From a virus: DNA of 64,000 nt. The notes beneath the pieces were generated by a model, which worked only from the letters and a program-made list of their open reading frames with translations, searched no databases and was not told the origin of the DNA. Positions 37,701 to 45,358 of this stretch are shown here, one piece after another; the stretch's first letter is position 1; each line of letters begins with the position of its first letter. The stretch is taken from IMG/VR virus record IMGVR_UViG_3300027881_000011, positions 3,783 to 67,782 of that record, one strand, 5' to 3'. The translations under genes and the position numbers were made by a program.

Positions 37701-40638
37701 CAATCTGGAACCAGAAGCACGAGCATGGATAGATGCCGCAGCCGACACGCTCGACAATCCAGATCACATGGAGAACGTGTTCGAGATACTGTCGCGCTTC
37801 CACGAAGGCGCGTTGGTGAATCACCGTGAGGTGCAGGCAGGTGACCTGACCAAGGCAGAACGTGATGCGCTAACACCACTGGAACGCAAGTACTGGGATA
37901 GTGGTTTCCTCGCTCATGCCAAACGCAAGAACATCAAAGTCAGGAATGCTCCGAGAGGGCGCTGGCAGATATTCGATTGGCGCGTTGTTCTTTCTGACAA
38001 CCCACAGAAGAACATCGATAACAAATATGCAGCGGGCACGAAATGGCTGAAGAGAAAAGGCGTGAAGACCGACGCCGAGGCTCGGGTCATCATGGACAAA
38101 CTGACTGATCTCGCGCTGAAGAAACAGGAGCAAGCGAACACCCGGCGACAGGCCAGAGTCGATGCAGGTAAGTCCGCAGAGAAGCTCATCGCTGGTGGTC
38201 GGGAGCATCTGTTCAATCCCAGTGAGATAAGGGGCATGGTTGCGCTCGGTGACAAATTCGGACACTTCGAGCGAGTGGCGAAGGACTATGCTGAGTTCAA
38301 CAAGAAGATGCTGGACTTCGGTGAGGCATCAGGAATCATTGATCCAGAGACGCGGCCCATGTGGGAGAACGCCGACTACGTGCCGTTCTATCGCGTGGAC
38401 GACGAGCGACTGACGGCATCCGGCTTGTCACCGACATCGGGTATTGCCAATCAGCGAGCGCCGATCAAACGCTTGCATGGCGGCAAGAACAACATGGGTG
38501 ATGTGGTCAACAATATCCTGATGAACATCACCAAGATCGTTGATGCTTCCGTGAAGAACAACGCGGCACTGGAAGCTGTTGATGCGCTCCGTGGTTCCGG
38601 CATCGTTTCCAAGCAGCCAATGGACTGGAAGCCAGAGCTGATTCCAATGACACAGGTGGAGAAGGCACTGAGGGATCGTGGTGTCATCGTGCCGGACGAT
38701 CAGGAAGGCGTACATATGAGCGACATTCCGGCAGAGGCACTGACCGGGATGCAAAAGATGTTTGCGATCAAGGCGCCTTCTGGTCCGGGTGTCATCAGCG
38801 TTATGCGTAACGGCAAGCGCGAGTACTACTACACCGATGACATGCTGCTGTATCGGTCGCTAACTGCGTTGAATAAGAAAGCGTTCGGCAGGTGGATGTC
38901 ATTGTTCAGAGGGCCGAAGCGACTACTCACTGAGTGGATCACTATCGATCCGGCATTCATGATTGCCAACTTCCTTCGCGATACCGGCTCTGCTTACGTC
39001 ATTGGCAGAGATGGCAGCAAACCAATCCTTTCCGCAGCAGCTGGCTTCTATTCAGCGATCACTGAAGATGAAGCTATGCGTACTATGGTCAGTGCAGGGG
39101 CCGCGTTCGAGAATGGGTACATCACTGGTGGTGATCCGAACGCCACGAGGAAGATGCTCAGGGCGGCAATGAAAGACCCGACCTTTGTGCAGAGCGTTCT
39201 GGACTCACCACTAAAACTCTATCGGGCATGGAAGCACATGGGCTCGGCCATCGAGAACGCGAATCGTATCGCTGTGTATAAAGCAGCGCGACGTGCAGGC
39301 AAATCGAAGAAACGATCCGCTTATGAAGGCAAAGACCTCATGGACTTTTCCATGGGCGGCGACTGGGGTATCACGCAGTTCTTGATGCAGACAGTACCGT
39401 TCATGAATGCGCGTGCGCAGGGTAACTATCGTCTTGCTCGCGGCGCGGCAGACAACCCACGTTCGTTCGCCTTCAAGGGCTTCTTGGTCGGTCTGGCTGG
39501 CATGGCTCTGTACTTGTCATTCAAGGATGATGAGCGCTACAAAGAGCTGGAAATGTGGGACAAGCAGACGTACTTCCACTGGTGGATTGGTGATGTTCAT
39601 TACCGGCTGCCGAAGCCGTTCGAGGTTGGTGCGATCTTCAACACGATCCCAGAGATGATGATGGAGTACATCAACTCTGAAGAGAACGACGCAGGGAAAG
39701 AACTGCTGCGTGGTTTTGGACATATGGTTGGCGAGACGTTCTCGATGAACCCGGTACCACAAACAGTGAAGCCGCTGACGGAGACTGCGTTCAATTACAA
39801 TTTCTTCACCAAGCGCCCGATAGTCAGCTACTACGAGAGCAAGCGAAAGCCACCGGAGCAGTATCGTTACCGCACCAGTCCCACCATGATAGAAATGGCT
39901 CGCGCTTTGCCGCCTGAACTGGATGCCGTGAGTGGCAAGATCAGATCACCGCTGCATCTTCAGAATCTGTATTCGGGGTACACCGGTACGCTGGGTCGTT
40001 ACTTCCAGATGGTTGCCGATGCTGGAATGAGACGCGGCCTTGAGTACCCGCTACCACCATCATGGGAAGACCGCGACTATCCTGTTTGGGGCAGGTTTGT
40101 GCGCGGCGATGACCCGGAGCGTAGGACAAAATACGAAAGTGAAGTCTACCGGATGCTCGACAAGGTGACTGCTATTCAGGGCTCGTTGAACTTCCTTGAG
40201 AAGACCGGGCAGATAGATCAGTACGCAGAGTTGTACGAAGAGGACATGCCATACATCCGTATCGCGAAGCCGCTCGAATCGATCCGTGAAAACATCCAAG
40301 AGGTCAACAGGGCGATCCAGTTGATCTACCTGTCACCAGACATGGAGCCTGATACGAAGCGAGAAGAGATCAATCAGCTCGAAGGTTCTCGCAACATGCT
40401 GTTCAAGGAAGCCTACAAGTTACGACCGGGTGGTGAGTACAACCTTGGTGAGGAAGAAGTCACGAGGCTCGACATGATTGATCTCATTGATCAGTTTGGG
40501 GTCGATGACTCGACCGCTTTCATGCGTCGCATACAAGAGGACACTCCAGACACCTACGAGCTGCTGGAGATGATTCAGAACGACATGGCAGCACGTAACC
40601 TTAACTCGCTCGCAAGAGCATCGAACGAACCGGAGTAA
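28771..40638 (+). CDS. Giant polyvalent internal virion protein (3955 aa): GGDEF domain, HExxGH metallopeptidase, LPD38-like C-terminus
   Basis: DPLTG..NRRAF..DVD..VND..H..GD..RVGGDEF (31501-31752); HELIGHYG (32746) plus EEMVA; IELQSDW segment; C-terminal ENANR, VPFMNARAQG, RLPKPFEVG. Confidence 0.8.
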   Translation: MSVPQEKIEQALEAARKDGNSAAVTELEEMLGGVRPTPSEGAALSDQGAWQEDILSGEARSRLTAGDPEGGIGTPPEQEGALSDRPSREPPPIETDEFGTGLSFPEMTPEQRTRRMAKNQYDWDKAWMDDPKSEPTREQQNEFMKENTDWRFGYGPNDYMGRQVILDQETGEPRWSALSPQQISQVEEKEKKRGTTTKASMGALGFGIIRPAANIAQGVDADIDRLNDFQRFLFHEKLPQAEKDRISELIVDEYGKDSKYVEDIGKLPANKLREYIEMNPENENVFENLSGDEWWEQRKEFAARLAGRLLGRGAFPVPTPMFGADDPGGALMGREAFQGIEYEGDKVAPAYAGASEDVRDWLSEASHTESIYESIVTPLLTTDEGVQPGDRLMELANKVIEKTYTEEQQAERRLPFFSEDVKVHTVWDLFNSDLYNDPNTKLPWNNFEAFALTFFESTPEMALSMGVTRGLGGLGAKTAMKETVGQTIGQIDKTRRLYAGRYGLIGGSGTEGMFVANAVESETRDTLNEVSMDKYREDPLFNNMVDGGMTEEAAKQVLVQDAANIASTMSFVSTVLVSGPMNTFIGRSAVGRVIKDKNALRRSVGMLGEPGSEGLQGLGEQLATEMGVVRIDPENPIFDNPNRYLEAFGGEAMVAGPFGFAAIAEPSKPVGINEADVEVARATETYMRATNDRFKWQTKISDPEHIANTTPNERLTELEQLETLQKVEARSLLDAEPVMRKHLEQQNTEVAKTELKMLGALKMRANAVLNDIAVAKSRRVTAGEVQQQEQQIVKDRYDLQKRVNENVLKLDDLERMSGAIETIQDQGVVDQATETELIKEGYARRTDEGQMVVLPKGKRALKELNRQARGLQDRLEKGYIGTEKRDPLNLIKREMIDNVGPVEREKILHEDPLTGTQNRRAFNERQENIDVREGETAKVIENPAPAVAVVDVDSLGWVNDNMSHSAGDRLLLAVSDALSEQKGVEVFRVGGDEFVVTGASQEQLETAMQAAAAKLSETEVAAGEDAVTPQITWGKGKTYVEADAEAITMKDERIARGVVAKKKEKAATYRVRSQEALFQKGDELVLTNWRKARDFVERGDSVEVLTPDGAVQGVVTNVTNKRGRPRVKVNVQGREFTFNPELNHLIINETLDRADLAWITGDAEYAQPGRDTFPQTLSDVQIGHMGKDGVWYADLAVEPEYVDTTPEPWWWESYSDLNFDRKVFMAPMLPKATQEEISRADVVRETITNGYSNLPPIHMVTDIAKLQRESPEIVKQIRAEGASMTGVRGYMDHLNPTNGIYIFVPNIYSIAGSQNFEQGVAETIMHELIGHYGVRGFFRNEADLRVEMHGIVDDFPKLAKHYAGRLGLDINDPNAKQLLGEEMVAYLAGEVMSGTIDMTPRQKTRWQRLMDWVKKAIRTMGLDRWSTLKKMSREDINDTKSEFWNDERIVDLLSSAQDFVRNGPAFEWVSKYDTAQPYMRDADIFQAGLITAIHTADKKLTGQEKKQLVEQGKYPDKASVPNEMPMFPDRASPNIYKQAIINAKKAGYMTDREITMSGLDPDGDFYLFRDASYGTLQRYLAQMNGDHVDPDWYRDVLPEHLVKELDDIRAAQLKNHIVGPLKPTGQDGGYDGDAVVYQYDERPSLNKVSAEAMRERIAEIMAMKIEPKKTQMTKEMLLAHMVSENAYRVFVEKQGRHPKISQRQAYEKLYGPLEEQDIFVSATATEEQKKEIADEIQRTRERGYDIGFDAEQDRWLDWAAHTTEYSEWSPQGSRYTRDFRVALIKTTGGGTSMGHTGHYDPNLMHIRTGEAELLEWDEMPELTFPNPKMQGKMLSLIELQSDWLQKLRKGFSSQNERRDSEEKYRENLSLLNTVGDQFGRGVAEDVWKVLDSVLTPIANLPDGRSPLEGGGLMPGLRERAREELGQAYEDLTADQKHELWKSHMVDELDKVKSRWDDADAYLHGVLEALPKLGDLPGSMDVRGFDTLDAIAMRRATTVLRNELSKATDTMQNTFRYAANQTELVEQIQLLKNIFGKRLHQLATDGDYGDGRRLPMIEYRLAPMLTEVYSILGADTNHISELMSGLQSREMATVRVPLQAVKDLNQAMTASFTPYDLVKEIVAASRISRHGDLAPGALTLTVGNAGDEFIDIKVVGNKADVAKAEQLVPKLIKTWIENHAADKLRINTQNREQRTLSDDVQGDYEFSELEDAYGLEEHDTDSSSSELSDYGVESFEEYEESTLPEIESEIINDAFENITESEWDDLEADNEGVSREGNTYRDALVIDDDGDVDNQTAEDELRDARDEYRQVLYEDDDLRMQAYDQVREQWHERGKTGLVTGDIPILWDDDGDPIDYVAVVIIAKNPGDSYDLLINGDEVDYDSDYDDAKELLSAAILDYYQNESIRPPHGALFGPDAPPAPATDFRLTAQEGPEAGPNWGIATGNLVENLSMMSDATQKMDKIFNETVTLGKRISNAGVHVESPLSRDEQWRPLALKYLIADAVRRGMGGVMWNNGLSSSTRGGIGMHDVVATSRIGWTKEEISLRGEPQEVYIIRSADMGKPIAVSKSGMVSMLGRDVTRIINLQEAGKLESPDVVSSEVEQGDEVPRDRYIIATTESGTQALYRRSDNSFLGFHSDNAGIDQAIQQDMEHYGRPKIAATEDLPTAEPLGPVTASGIIDSDMAGGLIHVITGKRPSGYTDTFSNPLLAGARKSYEDIMVRLWNKELKKFGVHISETYVKAKNMKKAQQEEGQPTMKSPTRDEQIAEKHGRLYVAELTGEMHGWVVMSEKIGPVVNDVWSDKSQADRKLTQYIDDNFGSDREGVKVLYFPITDEMREEFSGPTAPFHYDPTQDPVLKQAAKKFGYTRTPLRERYKAFKDAFGAEFIQGALDQFYGLRRALNNADVSDGSYISARLTTSLDSMMKGILEYGHPVWEEGIVSNQGKGLLEILQPILSDPSTWGMYMAGKRAKRLMLEGYGNLEPEARAWIDAAADTLDNPDHMENVFEILSRFHEGALVNHREVQAGDLTKAERDALTPLERKYWDSGFLAHAKRKNIKVRNAPRGRWQIFDWRVVLSDNPQKNIDNKYAAGTKWLKRKGVKTDAEARVIMDKLTDLALKKQEQANTRRQARVDAGKSAEKLIAGGREHLFNPSEIRGMVALGDKFGHFERVAKDYAEFNKKMLDFGEASGIIDPETRPMWENADYVPFYRVDDERLTASGLSPTSGIANQRAPIKRLHGGKNNMGDVVNNILMNITKIVDASVKNNAALEAVDALRGSGIVSKQPMDWKPELIPMTQVEKALRDRGVIVPDDQEGVHMSDIPAEALTGMQKMFAIKAPSGPGVISVMRNGKREYYYTDDMLLYRSLTALNKKAFGRWMSLFRGPKRLLTEWITIDPAFMIANFLRDTGSAYVIGRDGSKPILSAAAGFYSAITEDEAMRTMVSAGAAFENGYITGGDPNATRKMLRAAMKDPTFVQSVLDSPLKLYRAWKHMGSAIENANRIAVYKAARRAGKSKKRSAYEGKDLMDFSMGGDWGITQFLMQTVPFMNARAQGNYRLARGAADNPRSFAFKGFLVGLAGMALYLSFKDDERYKELEMWDKQTYFHWWIGDVHYRLPKPFEVGAIFNTIPEMMMEYINSEENDAGKELLRGFGHMVGETFSMNPVPQTVKPLTETAFNYNFFTKRPIVSYYESKRKPPEQYRYRTSPTMIEMARALPPELDAVSGKIRSPLHLQNLYSGYTGTLGRYFQMVADAGMRRGLEYPLPPSWEDRDYPVWGRFVRGDDPERRTKYESEVYRMLDKVTAIQGSLNFLEKTGQIDQYAELYEEDMPYIRIAKPLESIRENIQEVNRAIQLIYLSPDMEPDTKREEINQLEGSRNMLFKEAYKLRPGGEYNLGEEEVTRLDMIDLIDQFGVDDSTAFMRRIQEDTPDTYELLEMIQNDMAARNLNSLARASNEPE

Positions 40639-40641
40639 ACA

Positions 40642-41076
40642 ATGCCTGCTTTTGGAACAGCATCACGCGGACGGCTCGATACGTGTCGTGCAGAGATCAT
40701 TAAGACACTGGAGATCGTGGTCATCGAGTACGACATCATAGTGCTTGAGGGTGTGCGCTCGTGGGACAGGCAAGCTGAGTTGTTACGGCAGAATAAAACG
40801 ACAGTAGGACCGGGTGAGTCGAAGCACAACCCACCCAAGCTGGCAGACGGAACCGAAGATGGTAATTGGTTGTCGGATGCTGTTGACGCTGCTCCGTATC
40901 CCATCGATTGGAAAGATGCGAGACGGTTTATCTACATGGCAGGGTTGATCATAGGGGTCGGTCGCACGCTTGGGTTTGATTTCAGGTGGGGTGGCAACTG
41001 GGACGAGGATCAGGTCATCATCGATGATCAGAACTTCGATGACCTTCCACACTTTGAGTATCGAGGCCCACTATGA
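40642..41076 (+). CDS. Endolysin, peptidase M15 (L-Ala-D-Glu peptidase-like)
   Basis: EGVRS..RQ, SKHN, DAVD, RWGGNWD, DLPHFE zinc-peptidase motifs. Confidence 0.9.
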   Translation: MPAFGTASRGRLDTCRAEIIKTLEIVVIEYDIIVLEGVRSWDRQAELLRQNKTTVGPGESKHNPPKLADGTEDGNWLSDAVDAAPYPIDWKDARRFIYMAGLIIGVGRTLGFDFRWGGNWDEDQVIIDDQNFDDLPHFEYRGPL

Positions 41077-41282
41077 AAGCAATAGAGACAGTCGAGAGAA
41101 TTATACCCGGCACACGACAGGTCCAAATCACACCAGCTGTCACCGCATTTATGGTTATATTTTCATGGGCGATGACAGAGTTTGTTTTCCCTGAAGGCAC
41201 CGTAGTGCCAGAGAAAATCTGGATTTCCTTAACCGGCCTGATCATTTGGGGTCTTCAGTACTGGCATGGACCACGCGCATGA
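41073..41282 (+). CDS. Putative holin (2 TM)
   Basis: Two hydrophobic segments; overlaps the endolysin stop. Confidence 0.55.
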   Translation: MKAIETVERIIPGTRQVQITPAVTAFMVIFSWAMTEFVFPEGTVVPEKIWISLTGLIIWGLQYWHGPRA

Positions 41283-41512
41283 GTCACGTTGAAATCATAA
41301 TGTTCTTGGTCGCAGAAGCGGTCATTGTCGTTGGCGCGGTATTCACCTCGTACCTGAAGACCAAGGTGCAGATCGCGACGCTTGAGGTTCATGTTGCCAC
41401 ACTCAAATCTGCTGGCGCACAGCGAGACAGAAAGCTGGAAGGCATCGGCAAGAATCTTGCTGAGGTAACCGGATGTATCAAGCACCTGCAATCAAGCAGG
41501 AAGAATGCATAG
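41279..41512 (+). CDS. Single-TM coiled-coil lysis-cassette protein (holin/antiholin-like)
   Basis: ATGA overlap at 41279; N-terminal TM followed by coiled coil. Confidence 0.5.
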   Translation: MSHVEIIMFLVAEAVIVVGAVFTSYLKTKVQIATLEVHVATLKSAGAQRDRKLEGIGKNLAEVTGCIKHLQSSRKNA

Positions 41513-41906
41513 GTATGTGAAGGTTCTGGTTGCGTTGGTGCTGATCGGTAGCATCACACTTGAAGCGTACCCCTTCAAGGATTGGAGCTGGATCAACCCT
41601 ACCCACTACGAGAACGACTTTCCGATCCCACCAGAAGACAATCTGACGTACAGGTTGTACTGCGGTGTTGCTCAGGGCGGACCGTACAGTTCGTTCTCCA
41701 CGTTGCTTGAAGAGCCGTCACCAATCAACCTCGACATGGGTGCGCTGGTTGCGAACACGCCGGGAACTTACTACTGTGTTTCGACAGCGACATCATTACT
41801 GCACGGCACAGAAAGCCTGTACAGTAACGAAGTAAATTTTACTGTGCTTCCGGCGGACTTGGGGCTGCGACCGAAGCCACCTGTACTGTCGGTCGGGAGC
41901 GGGTAG
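41505..41906 (+). CDS. Secreted fibronectin type III-like protein
   Basis: Signal-peptide-like N-terminus; SW..P...YRLYCG...PGTYYCVSTA...ESLYSNEV FN3 pattern. Confidence 0.65.
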   Translation: MHRYVKVLVALVLIGSITLEAYPFKDWSWINPTHYENDFPIPPEDNLTYRLYCGVAQGGPYSSFSTLLEEPSPINLDMGALVANTPGTYYCVSTATSLLHGTESLYSNEVNFTVLPADLGLRPKPPVLSVGSG

Positions 41907-41930
41907 GGTCAGGATGTTGGGGAAACTGAT

Positions 41931-42368
41931 ATGAATCCATATGTCATTGGTGGGGTAGCAATCGTCATTGCTGTCATGGGGTGGCAGTTGAAGTCATCCA
42001 TCACACGCAACGGTGAGTTGCAAGCGAAGCTGGAAGTTCAGGCAAGCGAGACGCTCGAATGTACAGACGCGAACAGCACGAACGTCACCACGATCACAAC
42101 GCTTGAAGCGAGCATCAGGAAGATGATCGATGAGCGGCGTGTCGATACTGCGCGACGCGAACAAGCCATGGCCGAACGCGAGCAGGAGCTGCTGCGGGCG
42201 AACGCCAGAGCGGACCAACTTGAGAGAGAACGAGAAGATGAAACCGAGACCAACCCGGACTGCGCAACACTTACTTCACTCAGCGTGGATATGTTCTGCC
42301 CTGATACTGCTCTCCAGCTGCGCCAGCGATCCATCGGTGAGGGTGGTGACGGAGACGAAGACGGTTAA
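41931..42368 (+). CDS. i-spanin (Rz-like)
   Basis: N-terminal TM, coiled coil, C-terminal Cys; overlapped by a lipoprotein ORF. Confidence 0.75.
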   Translation: MNPYVIGGVAIVIAVMGWQLKSSITRNGELQAKLEVQASETLECTDANSTNVTTITTLEASIRKMIDERRVDTARREQAMAEREQELLRANARADQLEREREDETETNPDCATLTSLSVDMFCPDTALQLRQRSIGEGGDGDEDG

Positions 42369-42576
42369 GGTTCCGGTTGAGGTCGTAAAGCCCTTACCAG
42401 AGACACTGACCCGGCCACTCGATTACCCGCAAGGGCATCTGGACGGTGACCTGACGGTCAGCGATTTGCTCGATCTGGTGTTTGATCTCTTCGACGTGGT
42501 GGACGTGGCGAACGCCGACAGAGAGAGGGCGGCTGAGCTTACGCAGCCACAGGCTTCCGAACCATTTCCTCAGTAG
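42238..42576 (+). CDS. o-spanin (Rz1-like lipoprotein)
   Basis: Lipobox LLSSC, Pro-rich, overlaps the i-spanin in another frame. Confidence 0.75.
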   Translation: MKPRPTRTAQHLLHSAWICSALILLSSCASDPSVRVVTETKTVKVPVEVVKPLPETLTRPLDYPQGHLDGDLTVSDLLDLVFDLFDVVDVANADRERAAELTQPQASEPFPQ

Positions 42577-42745
42577 TAGAGATGATGTAATCCCCATGGT
42601 CGGGGCACGCCACCATAGTCAGCTGCTCCGTGTCGAACGTGCGCACGCATCCGCAGCCGAAGGCGATGTGAATCACCTTCTCATACCGTGGTAAAACTTT
42701 CCCGTTCTGCGTGTTCATGTTCACAGTTTGTGTGAACATTTTCAC
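42539..42745 (-). CDS. Small Zn-ribbon-like protein
   Basis: CGC...CPDH; last gene of the leftward block. Confidence 0.45.
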   Translation of the reverse strand: MKMFTQTVNMNTQNGKVLPRYEKVIHIAFGCGCVRTFDTEQLTMVACPDHGDYIISTTEEMVRKPVAA

Positions 42746-42760
42746 AGAGTCAAGGTAGTT

Positions 42761-42955
42761 TCAGGCGCTCTCGACCTCAGACGGCCTGAGAGCCCCTGTA
42801 ACCTTCAGCTTGGTGATGGTGACGCTGATTACCTGTTCTCCGAGAAAGTCCAGCATGGCCTGTAGGGCTTCTTCCTGTTGCGCTAACGGGCGACGCTCTT
42901 GGATGCGGATCACTTCGCCCTGAATCAGGTTGGTGAGGTGGGTGTAGTCAGCCAC
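42761..42955 (-). CDS. Hypothetical protein
   Basis: GTG start overlapping the upstream stop (MADYTHLTNL...). Confidence 0.45.
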   Translation of the reverse strand: MADYTHLTNLIQGEVIRIQERRPLAQQEEALQAMLDFLGEQVISVTITKLKVTGALRPSEVESA

Positions 42956-43592
42956 CGATGAGGACCATCTGTGGTTTCGCCCAGTGATTGAAATCACGCT
43001 GAAGTGTTCTGAGCAGATCACCGCTACCGCAAACAAACGGCACATTCCTGACCAACCTCTTGACAGGTGGTTTGGACCTCTCGCCTTGAATTGCTTGCTC
43101 AATGTCGCTACTCGCTCTCGCCCGGAGATTGTGCTTTATGTTTTCCAGATCGGCGTAAGTGAGTACCGAATTGGTGCCGCTGGCGGTGGTGCTGCTAGTG
43201 GTGCCCCAGTCGGTCCAGCCGGTGAAATAGTGTGTTGACATTGCCATATCTCTCTCCCTTGCTAAGTCAGCGTACCCATTGCCGAAGAATCCGGGGGTGC
43301 GCATGTCCACGTATGGTCGGTTGCTCTCGTGCTTTGTGAAGTACGCTCGTGCGGTACCCTCACCAAAACGTGTGTCCAGATATCTGTGTGGGTCTTTTTG
43401 AAATACTCGTGACTCGTGCAGGTCCATCATGATCTGTTTGATGGCTTCGTTCATCTTGTGTAGATCGCAGCGCCAGACATATTCGCCCGTATAAACACGA
43501 TATTCGTGTTTCCAGAATCCAGAATGCCGACGCTTGTGATCGTCAACACTCTCGGTTGCTGAACCTCTGAATGAACAGTTGGTTATTGCCAC
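42948..43592 (-). CDS. Hypothetical protein
   Basis: 214-aa ORF coupled to both neighbours. Confidence 0.5.
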   Translation of the reverse strand: MAITNCSFRGSATESVDDHKRRHSGFWKHEYRVYTGEYVWRCDLHKMNEAIKQIMMDLHESRVFQKDPHRYLDTRFGEGTARAYFTKHESNRPYVDMRTPGFFGNGYADLARERDMAMSTHYFTGWTDWGTTSSTTASGTNSVLTYADLENIKHNLRARASSDIEQAIQGERSKPPVKRLVRNVPFVCGSGDLLRTLQRDFNHWAKPQMVLIGG

Positions 43593-43825
43593 GATTCGAT
43601 TTTAATCATGAAGTGACCTTCTTCTCTATCGAAGCCAGCCGCAGTTTTCGATTTGCGAAAGTGGTGCCACAGTCGCTCAACAAGCTCTGTCTTGGTGCCA
43701 CTGACTGGTAATCCGTTGAGCTTACAGCCCTGTTTCAGACCGGCCTTTCTCATCCAGTTGAGACACGTCTTGACCTGAATACGGCTCGCTGCAAACATGG
43801 CTTCTTCTTCTGTTCGCTTACCCAT
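43583..43825 (-). CDS. SAP-motif DNA-binding protein
   Basis: LKQGCKLNGLPVSGTKTELVERL matches the SAP helix-loop-helix consensus. Confidence 0.65.
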   Translation of the reverse strand: MGKRTEEEAMFAASRIQVKTCLNWMRKAGLKQGCKLNGLPVSGTKTELVERLWHHFRKSKTAAGFDREEGHFMIKIESWQ

Positions 43826-44174
43826 TGCTTGGTCCTACCGTTATTGGTGGTGGTCGTGGTATTTCGGCATTTAACGGTCGCCACATGTGCAGACAGTATG
43901 GGTGATAGTTGATGTGGTCTGACTTCGGAACGAACAACTGCATCACGCAGTCCTCTTCATCCCAGAACAGGTCTTTCGCCCTGACCATATCCTCGTAGGT
44001 CGGCATACGGCTCTTGCGGCTGACGCTGACGTGTTCCCACTCCAGCCCATCACTGATGACCAAAAACAACCCATCGGGGAAAGAGAAGGCACCGTTTCGG
44101 TGGTTGCCCTTCTCAAACCCCGCTGGGTGAATGCGGTATAGCTCCGCTGGTCTTGAAGCGTGGAGACCCATCAC
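43818..44174 (-). CDS. Conserved phage protein (WEHVSVS family)
   Basis: WEHVSVS..PTYEDM..KDLFW..HINYHPYCLHMW. Confidence 0.7.
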   Translation of the reverse strand: MMGLHASRPAELYRIHPAGFEKGNHRNGAFSFPDGLFLVISDGLEWEHVSVSRKSRMPTYEDMVRAKDLFWDEEDCVMQLFVPKSDHINYHPYCLHMWRPLNAEIPRPPPITVGPSNG

Positions 44175-44602
44175 TTTTTCTCTTTGATTTCCTTGATTTC
44201 CTTGGTGATCGCCATGGATACATCGGGCAACCGCTTCAGAATCTGACCGTACATCGCCTTCATCTCGTCGCCGCGCTTCTCCAGTTGGTTCTCCAGTTTG
44301 TCGCGGTACTTGTCCTTGACCTTGGCGATGCCATCGTCCTTCTCTCTCGCGGCCTTACGTTCTGCCGCAGAGACACGCTTGTCGGCATCGAGGGCGACAG
44401 ACTCTTCGCGCATCTTTAACTTGTGCGCGATCATCTCTTCGTCCATCTGCTTCTTCTGTCTCAGCTCTTCGTTTTCAGAACCAAGTTTGGCGTTCTCGTC
44501 TTGAAGGTTGTCTCGCACCTTGGTAAGCACCAAGCAGCGATCTTCCAACTGCGTGATGCGTTTACCGAGCTGCGCGGCTCGCTTCTGGTTGAATCCGAAC
44601 AT
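44171..44602 (-). CDS. Coiled-coil hypothetical protein
   Basis: AAGGAG RBS before ATG 44602; K/E-rich. Confidence 0.55.
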   Translation of the reverse strand: MFGFNQKRAAQLGKRITQLEDRCLVLTKVRDNLQDENAKLGSENEELRQKKQMDEEMIAHKLKMREESVALDADKRVSAAERKAAREKDDGIAKVKDKYRDKLENQLEKRGDEMKAMYGQILKRLPDVSMAITKEIKEIKEKK

Positions 44603-45278
44603 TGCTTTCTCCTTCTTTTGCGACATACAGCCGCCTGTAGTTATAGCGAGCGACGGGGTTGTACTCAGCCATCTTCCCGTACTCCAGTTTGGTGGCTGCG
44701 TACAGCGCCTCTGGAGACTGGTCGATGAACCGGCGCACTACGCTGACAAAACCATAGTTCGATTCGTCAACCTGCCACTGCTCAACATCGGTCAAGCCAA
44801 TTATTCTGGCCTCACCAACCTCGCTGATGAACATCCCTGTGTAGAACCCACTCAGCTCATTCCATTCAATGAACTGGTCGGCGTTACACCAGATGGTCGT
44901 CAGCTGCTTCTTACTCAACAGGTCAGCCATGTCGTCATCGACAACATAACCAGTGGTCATGTCGCGGACGTACTCATAGTCGAAGCCACCTTGGTAGCTC
45001 GAATATGCCTTCACACCACCCGTCTTGGCAGCAGGCGGAATACTTTCAAACGGCTTGCTGATGGGGGTTGGTTTTGGCTTCTTGTCGAATTGCCCTACGG
45101 AAAAGAGACCTCTCGGGGTGCCGTGCCCCATCATAACGATGTGGTTGTGCGCCTCGATAGCCTTTATGACCCCTTCCTTCGTGCCGCTATTGATGGCGGT
45201 GATGTTCTCACGGCCAGCGTAAATCGGCTTCAGGAAGTCGGTACTCTTATCTTTCGGATGTATTACAAGTGTCTTCAT
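44562..45278 (-). CDS. Putative clan CD (caspase/gingipain-fold) cysteine peptidase
   Basis: IVMMGHGTP and TTIWCNAD motifs; preceded by a promoter and GGAG RBS. Confidence 0.45.
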   Translation of the reverse strand: MKTLVIHPKDKSTDFLKPIYAGRENITAINSGTKEGVIKAIEAHNHIVMMGHGTPRGLFSVGQFDKKPKPTPISKPFESIPPAAKTGGVKAYSSYQGGFDYEYVRDMTTGYVVDDDMADLLSKKQLTTIWCNADQFIEWNELSGFYTGMFISEVGEARIIGLTDVEQWQVDESNYGFVSVVRRFIDQSPEALYAATKLEYGKMAEYNPVARYNYRRLYVAKEGESNVRIQPEASRAAR

Positions 45279-45317
45279 GATGTTGCAGACGTTCTCCTTC
45301 CATGTAGTTGAGACACT

Positions 45318-45346
45318 ATTATAGATGGCCTGCCGGTGGAAGTCAA
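45318..45346 (-). promoter_or_regulatory. sigma70-type promoter TTGACT-17-TATAAT
   Basis: Near-consensus hexamers in the intergenic gap after ssb. Confidence 0.8.
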
Positions 45347-45358
45347 TGCCAACGGCAG

